Shown one piece after another: positions 19,789 through 29,999 of a stretch of 57,082 nucleotides of DNA. The DNA is taken from the NCBI GenBank assembly GCA_002269645.1, contig NIVC01002401.1, positions 1-57,082 on the forward strand. The letters are read 5' to 3'. The position numbers and the translations under genes are program-made. Within the stretch, counting starts at the first letter, position 1. The number at the start of each line of letters is the position of its first letter. The notes beneath the pieces were generated by a model. That model was not told the origin of the DNA. It was given only the letters and a program-made list of their open reading frames with translations, and made no database searches. This stretch comes from Macrostomum lignano (Eukaryota).

Positions 19789-21014
19789 CGAGAGCTTTAG
19801 CTTGCGGATAATGAGGCTGGGCAAAAGAAATTGCATTCTGCCGAAGCAGATTTGGCGGGGTTTTACCGGTTTTGCTGTTGCTTAGACGCTGTACGGCGAA
19901 TTCTCTCCCCAGTTTGAGATGCCGCTGCGTTCCTGGAAGCTAATTTGTCCGCGGTTCCTGCTTGGCATTCTTTTGCGTGAGAAACTGCTGCTTGTGTCCT
20001 CCCAGGCTCTCCGAGGCAGAAAAGTTTTCTCCTTGCAGAATTTTCTAAATTAGGCATCCTCAATCATTTTGCAGCTGCCACTTACTCCTGCTTCGCCCTT
20101 AATGATGAGCGTATTAAAAATAATAACAATGAGAGAACAGCGAAAGACATCGCCATAGAATGGCACCCATAGGCCAGGGTCCCGCTTCTGCAAAGCTAAC
20201 CGCTGCGGGACTTCAGCTGTGGAGCGACAGGCTTTCAATTATTAAAACGCTTGGGCCAATCATGCAACTTAGGCTTTGGCTCGAGTTGCTTATGAAACAT
20301 TTATAAAGGTTCTCATGGTATGGAAATTTCTTGCCGATGCTTCTCTGGCGTGACAAAGCGGCTTGCTGAGTCTCCATGGGGCGACAGAGGCTGCAAGCTG
20401 CCTGCCAGGTGAACAAAGGTGGAGACTTGCTGGAGGAGTGAGTCCACGCGCCGCGCCAGTGGTTTAGAAGGCTGTTGCGCATTGCACGCAATTCACGGAT
20501 TGACATTGCAGAGTCTTGAAGCCTCATATGGAATTTTGCTAGTAGTAGTAACACACTAAAGCTAAAACTATTGCTAAAATTATAGCGTTTTAATTAATTT
20601 TTTACCGTTTGATAAAACGATAAAAATATGTTATGCTTGTCGGAGAAAATTGAACACAAGCTATATAAATCTGCAAAATAGCAATGGCTTATCCAATGGT
20701 TAAAAAACGGAAAAATTAACTCGCTTCTGTTTAGATAAAAAAACTGCTATTCAACGCATGACGCTCCTATGCAAGTTAAATTTCATTATTTTGGAATCGA
20801 AGAAATTGTTTAGAATCTCATTTCGTGCACTCTGCAAACTAGAGAACATTAATGATAAGTCAAGCGACTTTTGTTCCTACCTGGTTCACAAGGCTCGCTG
20901 CGTGCATTAAAAACAGCGAAAAAGTCAGTTATGTTAAAGTCTGTGGAAAAGCAGAAGAATCAGAACCAGGAAGCAGTCACTCCTGCAAGCTGCAGACTTT
21001 GTTGCGGGTCTTCA

Positions 21015-21300
21015 TCATCGACACCTGACAGGCCGTGAGGACCTCCGGCTCTGCTGGCCCGCCAACCGCGCTGCCAGGATGCAGCTCTCCTGCTCCTCGA
21101 GGTACTCCTTGTACTTTGCCCCGTCCATGCTCGACCTGTCTGAGGCCAGGGTTTCCCGCGCCGACCGTGCGAAGAGCCGGTCGCCCTCGGAAATCGAGTT
21201 CGCGGTCCGGCCACCCATCGACCCGGCAGGCAGCACCGTCACCCGGCCGTTTCCGGCTCTTTGGTGCTCCGGGCAGAGCTACAGCAGCTTGTCACAGCCA
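21015..21300 (-). other. GC-rich coding-like segment, possibly part of the decayed gene at 21700-22106
   Basis: CCGCDKLL*LCPEHQ...DGAKYKEYLEEQESCILAARL; coding-like composition with an in-frame stop; family not recognised. Confidence 0.25.
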
Positions 21301-21699
21301 CAGCACCTAAGGACAGGACCGAACTCTTCAGCTGCAAATTCCAGAGTAAGCAAAGTTTCTGATGCGAAATTCCAGAAATAATTATTTTATTTTCGCGTCA
21401 CCTGTAAAATGCAGCTCACGTGGATATGAATTGTAAGCAGCTCTTTTAAAGCAAATTCTTTCTATTATTTAACTACCAAGTTAGTTTGACAGTCAAGTCT
21501 TCTAAGAGTGGCTTTGTCTGCTTGAAGGCTCACATATATTCCAGGATTTTCCACACTGTGAAGATGCAACCTCGAACCACTCCGTCAGCCACCATCAGGC
21601 CAAGAAGTTTACTCAAAAGTCGCAAAATGTTTAGTTCAATGCAAATAATACAAACCAACAGGACAAGTGACGCAAAGCTGAACTCCTTCCTGTTAGTTC

Positions 21700-22106
21700 T
21701 CAGTCTTCTAAGCTGCTCAGCTGCTTCAGCAGCAGCTGCTGCGCCAATCCCGAGCGGGCGAGCGTGTCAGCCTGCAGGCATTTTTCGCCCTCGGCGCCCT
21801 GCATATGGTTGAAGCTCAGGCCTCTGGCCTGGATCAGCAGGCACACAGCGGTTTGCTGGGCCCGCCACTGTAGGACCGTGAGAGTGCCAGCGATAAGTAC
21901 AGGAGAATTCAAGCACTTGGGACAGGGCAGGATCTCTTCATAGTGGACGCCGTGGAACGTCTCCTTGGTGAGACTGCTGAAGACGTCGTTAATCGTGAAA
22001 AGTACGTTCTCGGGCCTCGGTCCGAACACAGTCGCAATCGTTGATGTCTCTCGTCCATGGGGAGGACGGCGATGTGGACGATGAAAGGATGTGACGTCAG
22101 CAGATC
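21700..22106 (-). pseudogene. Fragment resembling the C-terminal COR region of invertebrate ROCO (LRRK-like) proteins
   Basis: FIVHIAVLP...RLRL then, after a frameshift, GPRPENVLFTINDVFSSLTKETFHGVHYEEILPCPKC. Family assignment is from recall, not a search. Confidence 0.4.
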
Positions 22107-22822
22107 TGGGGATAAATCTCTGGGTATACATACGAGTATATGACTAAGTCTAAAATGTCTCCATGGGAATCTTGTCCGGCTTCTCCAACTGCAACATTGG
22201 GTATTTATTTTGACAGGTAACTCTGGCTGTAATTCTAATTGCAGTAATAGAAAACAGTCTGGGTACTTGGGCACCCCGTGCGCGGTTGGCAGTGGAGGGG
22301 AGCTGGAAGTTTAGGTCATACCCAGATCTGACGGTGCATGGCTCACTGACCCACTCATTTCAGCCGAATTTACAACCAAATGAAGCTCTGTATTAAATAT
22401 CACCATATTACTGATTCCCATATCAGTATCGTCAGAAGAGTGCTCTAATTAAATGTTGTCAGACGAATCCCTGCTGTAGAAATACTCGTAGATTGAGATA
22501 GAGAACCAAGTTCTGTCACTACATGTAGACCTGAATCAATATTTTAGGCACTGTCGCGAAGAGGGTTCTGAAAATAAACAACTCGAATACGACCTAGAAG
22601 CGTACTCAATACTTTTTTACGAGAATCGTATCAGCCTGCAGTAGTAAAGGTCCGATAAGACTGCCGACCATAGCAAAAAACTTTTCTAATAAAATCATAA
22701 AACCAACGCCAAAAAGTCCAGACTGTCTCAGGTAGCACTGCGTGTGCGCGTGGTCCCGCAATCTCTAACTACAACTGCTGAGCTGCTAATTTCTGAATCT
22801 CCGACCTGAGCACGCAAAACCC

Positions 22823-24971
22823 ATGGCAGACCGCAACAGCGAAAGTCGCACCGACCTCGTGTTCGTGGAGGGGAAGCTGGGAGCAGCATACGGAGCAACC
22901 GATGGCGGCGGAGCGGAGATTAAGTTCAGGTTGGCCGCACAAATAGGGCATCAAGTTAAATGCATTACGAGGTCATAAAGCATGCATGAAGAATAAAAAC
23001 AACCTTTCCAGGGACCAGTCCTCCAGAGCGCTCTACGAGGCCGAACCGAGAAGCGGCCTCTTGGGCGTGGCCGACCGCTTCGGCGCAAAGTTTTTCCCTC
23101 TCGGCTACTGGAGCGAGTTCCGCGAGATCGCCAAGCTGCACCTGCCCGCCTTCCTCACCTGCTTCTTCCAGTTCCTGCTGCAGACAATCAGCGTCATCAT
23201 GTGCGGCCACCTGTCCAAGGAGCAGCTGGACGCTGTCGCTCTCGCCTGCACCCTCATCAACGTGGCCGCCCTGAGCATCGGTCTCGGACTGTCCACCGGC
23301 TGTGACACCTACTTTGCTCAGACCTTCGGCAGCCGACACAAGAAGCGAGTCGGACTGTACCTGCAGCGTAGCCTACTCGTCATGTACATGTTCCTGGTGC
23401 CCGTGTACTGCCTGCACCTGAACATCAAGCCAGTGCTGCTGCTACTGGGCCAGGACCCGATCATCAGCGACATGACCGCTCGCTACATCCTCATCTTCAT
23501 GCCCGGCGTGTTTTTCGACTACACTTTCTTGGTGCTGGCGAGGTATCTGCAGACGCAGAACCGCGTCAACCCGCCGCTCGTGTGCGCAGTGATCGGCAAT
23601 GTGTTCAACGCGGTGTCGCAGTACATCGCCATCTACGTGATGGGCTTCGAGTTCGAGGCCTCGGCGGTGTGTCAGGCCGCCTCGCTTTTCGTGATGTGCC
23701 TCTGCATCCTGGTGTACATCCGCGTGTTTCGCGTGTTCGAGGAGACTTGGGACGGCTGGAAGACCGAGGCTCTCTACGACATCGGCGGATTCATCAGGCT
23801 GGCGGTTCCGGGACTGCTGCTCGTATCGCTGGAGAACATCAGCTTTGAGGTTAGTGTATATTTTTTCAGTTGCAGTAAATTGGTCGGCACAAAGAAATTG
23901 CCACTGCATTTTATATTGCCATATTAGCGATGCTCTTGAAGACCAAAATTCAAGACCAAACCGTTTAAAACTTTTTTCTATACTGGACTCGCATTTGACT
24001 GCATGCACCTGCAGGTGGGAACATTCCTGGCGGGCAGTCTGAACGCAGTGCAGCTGGCAGCGCAGGCCATTCTATTCCAGAGCATCAGCCTGCTGTATAT
24101 GGTGTGCATCGGCATGTCCATCGCGGTGAACATCCGTGTTGGTCAGCACCTGGGCGCTGGCAACATTGAGAAGGCCAAGCATACCTGCAAGGTGGCCGTG
24201 ACAATGATTTTAGTGACATCAACTTTGATTTGCGTATTTTTCGCTACCTGCAGGGAGCAAGTGGCGAGCATCTTCACCAGCGATCCGGAAGTGAAGGCGG
24301 CAACTGTGGAGCTGCTGGCTGTGTACGCCCCGTACCCCTACTTTGATGGCCTGTCTGCCACCGCGGCCGGCGTCCTGAAGGGCAGCGGCCAGCAGCTGAT
24401 CGGTGCCGCCGTCAACATCGTCGCCTACGACTTCATCTCGCTGCCGATCGGGATTCCGCTGAGTCTGCTCACCCCGCTGCAAATGAAGGGGTTCTGGATC
24501 GCAATGTTGCTCGGCATCGTGCTTCAGAGCATTGTATTCTGGCTTATCATCTGGCGGACCAACTGGGAGAAGCAAGCAGCCGCAGCGCTGTCCAGAGCGT
24601 CCGGTCAGCAGATCAAAAAGACGCCTAAGAGACGTCGTAAAAATTTGAGCAGAGAAGATCAAACGGAGCCGCTACTGGCCTCAGAAATTAAGCCCTCTCA
24701 CGTCCGGTCGGCCTCGCGAGTGTACTCGACTCCGTACGAGAGTGAGGTGGAGCTGGACTTGGCTCAGCCTCCGAGTCTGCCGCCGCTGCGGCCTGTGCTG
24801 ATCCGGCGGCTGGCGACGTGGCTGTGCCTGGCCGTCTGCTTGGCTGCTGCCATTGTGCTGCGGTTATTCCAAGGTGTGCTGGTTCCGCTTAGGTGGTTTG
24901 ACCTGTGCCTGCCAGCTAGAAACGGCTCAGAGTCCCTGAAGCTTGAGTCCAATATAACTTTCTGTAGTTGA
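22823..24971 (+). CDS. SLC47A: MATE family multidrug and toxin extrusion transporter, paralogue 1 (~633 aa; exons 22823-22929, 23012-23849, 24015-24971)
   Basis: ISVIMCGHLSKEQLDAVALA, GLSTGCDTYFAQTFG, VGLYLQRS, RYLQTQN, IRLAVPG, RVGQHLGAG, GVLKGSGQQ..GA, GFWIAM; intron phases 2 and 0 are consistent. Confidence 0.92.
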
Positions 24972-25684
24972 ACTTTCAATAGTTTTTCCAAGAGCCCTTG
25001 AGCGAATACGCATCAGTGAGATGGTGACCCACTGACCACCAAGCATCAGGGAAATGGTGACCTAGACGCTAGATATTTATCGCTATGGGTGCTCATTTAC
25101 TGACCCATGTTGCTATTCGTTAACAATACGTATATATTTTCAGCATACTTCAGTATTTAGCCAACTGATAGCAGCAAAGCTAGTTTTGCAACTAACTAAA
25201 TTCAAATTTCTGAGTCGATTTTTGTGACTCATGACTCGAATTTCTTTTTTTCGTTACTTCATGAGTTTTTTAATCAGTTTGATGTATAAGTTAAGTTTCC
25301 ATTTTGGTTGGTTTTTGCAAATTATGCAATGGGTTTTCACGTAATCAACAATGGAGCCTAATAACTTTATGACGTCATGGAAACTGCTATTTGCTCACGG
25401 CATGTCAGAAAATTTGAGGCTTAAAATTTTCCACTGTGATTTGATTGACAATCTGATCGGACAAGAGAGCGCAGCTTGTAAAATAACGATTAGAGTAAAA
25501 ACCACGCACCCCTGATGGGCAGAGGTTAAAATGTACAGAGCCGCATGTACAAAGAGCACGTGACCAAATAGAAGGGATAAAATAACAAACACAAGCATGA
25601 AGGCACAACCTCACACGCAAACCTCACAAGGCAATCATTGACATTGTGGCGATTCTGCCGATTTACCCCAAAACAGTAAAAATT

Positions 25685-26385
25685 ACCGAATCGTACCGAA
25701 CCGAAATGTAACGATCCGAAACCTACCAAACCGAATCGTACCGAACCGGATCCTTCCTCTAATCGTACCGAACCGGATCCTACCTATAATCGTACCGAAC
25801 CGGATCGTACTGAACCGAATCCTACCTCTAATCGTACCGAACCGGATCGTACTGAACCGAATCCTACCTCTAATCGTACCGAACCGGATCGTACTGAACC
25901 GAATCCTACCTCTAATCGTACCGAACCGAAACCTACCAAACCGAATCGTACCGAACCGAATCCTACCTCTAATCGTACCGAACCGGATCGTACTGAACCG
26001 AATCCTACCTCTAATCGTACTGAACCGAATCCTACCTCTAATCGTACCGAACTGGATCCTACCTCTAATCGTACCGAACCGATTCGTACCGAACCGAATC
26101 GTACCGAACCGAATCGTACCGAATCGAATCGTACTGAACTGAACCGAACCGTACCGAGCCGAATCGTAACGAACCGAATCGTACCGAACCGAATCGTACG
26201 GAATCGAATCGTACCGAACCGAATCGTACTGAGCCAAATCGTACCGAATCGAATCGTACCGAACCGAATCGTACTGAGCCAAATCGTACCGAATCGAATC
26301 GTACCGAACCGAATCGTACTGAACCAAATCTGACCGAACCGAATCGTATCAAACGGAATCGCATTACAACCGCACCGAATCGCCT
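25685..26385. repeat. Pentamer-derived tandem repeat (ACCGA/ATCGT) with 42 bp and 15 bp higher-order periods
   Basis: CCTACCTC recurs at 25821, 25863 and 25905 (42 bp period); the right half is ACCGAACCGAATCGT (15 bp period). Confidence 0.93.
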
Positions 26386-26872
26386 ATCGATTTACCCAAA
26401 TATTTCTACGCTCGTACCCAAAACCACAACAACAGCTGTCTAAATTGGCAGTAATGCATTGTCACAGCATCTGGAATGGAAATTTCTAAACTGAAGTCCA
26501 GTGAGTCTGGTGATGATAATTGAAATCTTATGAGATGACCAAAGACCAAAGTCTAATAAAGAAGACGATAGTCGACAAGACTCTGTCAGAAGCCCTTCTT
26601 CATGCTCGTATTGGAAGAAAACTCGTGCCCACTTTTCCAGTGATTCCGGCCCTTCAAACAAATCATACCTCACTAATCTCTCTTTGCTTTATCTATTATT
26701 ACAAAACATGTGCCTCTGCTTAATCTACAGGTGTGTCTATCTGTTTAAGCAACAGTGTATTTATATTAAAATAAACTTGACAGCTTTCAATAAGCAAGAA
26801 CATGCTCTCCATCAAAAATACATTTAGTGAGATTTCGATATCTCCAAAGTGATGTAACCGCCCTTGTCGCCT

Positions 26873-27874
26873 GTCCGCTCCGTAGAGAGACGAACGCATG
26901 ACTAGAGGGGGAAATGACCGTAGGCTGCCTATGACCGGGCAATGACCTGACGGACCTCCAGCACCAGACTGTCCCGCCCACATGATTGATAGCTTTGGTA
27001 GCGCTTTGTGACCAGAGGGCCAAGGACCCACATGGACCCCACCTGTAGCCAAGGTGCAATAGTTGGTCACTCGGTCATAGTATGACCGAGTGGCTGCCAC
27101 CACTCTATGTGACCTGGCGCACCTGGATCTTTCTACCAGACCTCTCGAGGCTAGAGCCCCGCCTGGGATGGTTACCAGGAGATTTAGGCTAACAGGGGAG
27201 ACACATGCAGCCGAGGGACTCTGCTTGGGGCATGATCGGGAACTCTGGGCTCAATCTGGAGGATTTCTTAGCAGGGGATCCTTTGTGGCTGTGAGCGAGG
27301 CTGACTTGCGACTTTGATTACTAAGAGTAGTATGAGGCGAACATGTACTGTCTATAGTTTAGATTGCTCAACTATAGTCCGCTCCGTAGAGAGACGAACG
27401 CATGACTAGAGGGGGAAATGACCGTAGGCTGCCTATGACCGGGCAATGACCTGACGGACCTCCAGCACCAGACTGTCCCGCCCACATGATTGATAGCTTT
27501 GGTAGCGCTTTGTGACCAGAGGGCCAAGGACCCACATGGACCCCACCTGTAGCCAAGGTGCAATAGTTGGTCACTCGGTCATAGTATGACCGAGTGGCTG
27601 CCACCACTCTATGTGACCTGGCGCACCTGGATCTTTCTACCAGACCTCTCGAGGCTAGAGCCCCGCCTGGGATGGTTACCAGGAGATTTAGGCTAACAGG
27701 GGAGACACATGCAGCCGAGGGACTCTGCTTGGGGCATGATCGGGAACTCTGGGCTCAATCTGGAGGATTTCTCAGCAGGGGATCCTTTGTGGCTGTGAGC
27801 GAGGCTGACTTGCGACTTTGATTACTAAGAGTAGTATGAGGCGAACATGTACTGTCTATAGTTTAGATTGCTCA
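26873..27874. repeat. 498 bp direct duplication inside the LTR (26873-27370 and 27377-27874)
   Basis: Offset 504 with a 6 bp spacer ACTATA; one substitution noticed (cttag versus ctcag). Confidence 0.95.
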
Positions 27875-28610
27875 GGGCGGAGGGACGCGTCAGCATGGGG
27901 TTGCAACCTTCCTACTGCCATTCTGTGCCAAGACTCGCTAATCCCTCTACTGCACGCACACACGGCCCCGCAGCACGCACTCACAGGCGAGCTTTGCACG
28001 GGGAGAGGCCATTAGCTTACCCAAACTTCCTTATGCTTAGCCACCCCGGGAGAAAGGCTTAGCAAGCCATGGGTGAAATGATGGTGAAAGAGTGAATAAT
28101 GATGAGGTTAGTTAATAGTTAATAATTAGGGCCTTAGGCAAATAGTCAGGCAATTAGGCGGCTTCACTATTGAGTAAAATACAGCAAAAGTTACGTATCA
28201 CAATTGGCTCAGCTCTCTAATTAAGCAATGGCAAATAGGCAAACCCCGGATAAGCAAGGCGATTAGAGCACAAACTAGTAATAGGAACTTACCGGCAGCT
28301 GCACAGAGAGAGAGAGGCGGAGTGACCGAGGGCGGCTGTAGGCTGCAGTCAGGCAGACAGTGAAGCGGCGATGCGCTGAAGCGACGAGGCGCTGATGTAG
28401 ATCAGGCGATGCTGATGATGCTGGGCGGTATCAGACCGCTGGCTGATAGGCGAGCTCAATTGGGGAGCTGAAGATAACTTGGCGGTATCAGACCGCGGAC
28501 CGGCAGAGGTTCGTCCTATAGACGAATAGGTCAGAGCTACGTCTGACAGCAAGTCCAAAGAAAGACGAGGAGCCCGAAGGTTGAGGATTCTCATGCCGAA
28601 AACCGCTTCC

Positions 28611-28701
28611 TTATATAGCCTTCCCAGCCGCCGCTCCAAGGTCGTTTCCATGACTCCCTCTCTCTGATTGGCTGCCGGCAGAATGACGTCAGAGTGAGTC
28701 A
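28611..28701 (-). promoter_or_regulatory. LTR promoter cluster: AP-1, CRE, CCAAT, TATA
   Basis: TGAGTCA 28695-28701, TGACGTCA 28684-28691, CCAAT near 28666-28670 and TATATAA 28617-28611, in canonical order on the minus strand. Confidence 0.6.
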
Positions 28702-29999
28702 TGATGAGAAGCATGAGAACGGCATAGCAACATGAGAAATGGGAGAATTGCGCAATCCGGAGGTGAGGTGGGGGATAATTGGCGCAGCGGGAGGTCGCAA
28801 AAGTGTTGCGCAAGCAAACATTGAGAACAATGGGGCTGGGGTCGAGAACAAAGGAATTGGAAAACGGGGATAATTGGGGAGAATTGAGAACAATAGAAAA
28901 GCAAACATTGGGGAAAAGGTGATAATTAGGTGCGAAAACGAGAACAATAGAAAGAGAAAATCGGAGAAAATGTGATAATTGGTGGGGGTAAAGAGAACAA
29001 AAGAATCAAAAACGAGAACAATAGAAGCGGAGGTGGGGTGGGTGTCGCATGAGAAATTTGGGGAGGAGAACAATGGCGTGAGAAAAGGTTGCGCAAGAGA
29101 GGGGGATGAGTCATCGATGAATCATCGAGGGGAAGGAGGGGTCACACGACTTGCGTCACCGTTTGGGAGTTCGAGAAGGAAAATAGGAATATAGGAGTAT
29201 AGAAGGAATATAGTTCGAGAAGGAGTTTTTTAGGAAAATAGGGCAAAAGGGGCAAAAAGGGGGGGGACAGGAAGAGTGCATAGAGAATAGGGAGGCGCGC
29301 AGGGGAGATAAGGTAGAGGGGGAGGTACAAAGAGGGAGGGGGAGCTCCGGAAAGGCAAGTGTGGCGGCAGGGGAGACGGAGCCAAGGCAGCAGGGGGGTT
29401 GCAGCAGAGCGGGAGTCTCCAGGCCTGGTCGAAGACCTGGCCGAGTCTCAACAGCTCTGTGCAGGGGGTGCACGGCGATAGGAGGCACTTTCGAAAAAGT
29501 TCCGCTGCCCTATCCCGCGACCAGAGCGTGGTTACATCAAAAGCCTCTTTCGGGGCCCTTTGCCCACGTTGCAGTGAGTGCTACGCTCGCAAAATAGTTG
29601 CAGAAACGGCTGCGCACAAATTGTCAAACAGATTGCCCTAAAATACAACTTCTGGCGCCAGAATTCAAAGTGCGTAAAAATTTGATAGCAGCAAAGTTGT
29701 GCTTGGTCAGGAAAAACAAAAACCCTGGAAAAACTTTCAATATCACAGAGCTCAGATAGCAGATTTTCGCCCCAGTCTAGCAAGAGGCAGTAAAACCAAG
29801 CTAAACTGGGCAGGTGAATCTGTGATTGCGCTTATCTCCCAGTGCTTTTACTTGATAGCACTACTCGTAGTTTTTCTAGCCATTTGAAGCTTAGTCTCGC
29901 TTGATCAGTGCCGAAAGCATAGAGAAAGGCATAGAGAAAGCGAAAGGCGGCTATTCTCAGCGGTTTTATTGGCAGACAGCTGCTCATTCAGTAGCAAGC

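Larger units (their letters stand above)
26850..29539 (-). mobile_element. Solo-LTR-like element (Gypsy-type signature), 2690 bp
   Basis: Ends TGATGTAACC (26850-26859) and GGTTACATCA (29530-29539) form a perfect 10 bp inverted repeat with TG..CA termini. 4 bp target duplication AAAG at 26846-26849 and 29540-29543. Non-coding, with an internal promoter on the minus strand. Confidence 0.75.

Noticed and set aside
26720-27821. Duplicated 63-127 aa ORFs in the LTR
   Set aside because: No gag/pol similarity, non-ATG starts, and duplicated only because of the 498 bp repeat.
29131-29146. GGAGGGGTCACA as the right LTR end paired with TGTAAC at 26853
   Set aside because: Imperfect inverted repeat and no target duplication; the 26850/29539 pair has a 10 bp perfect repeat and AAAG duplication.
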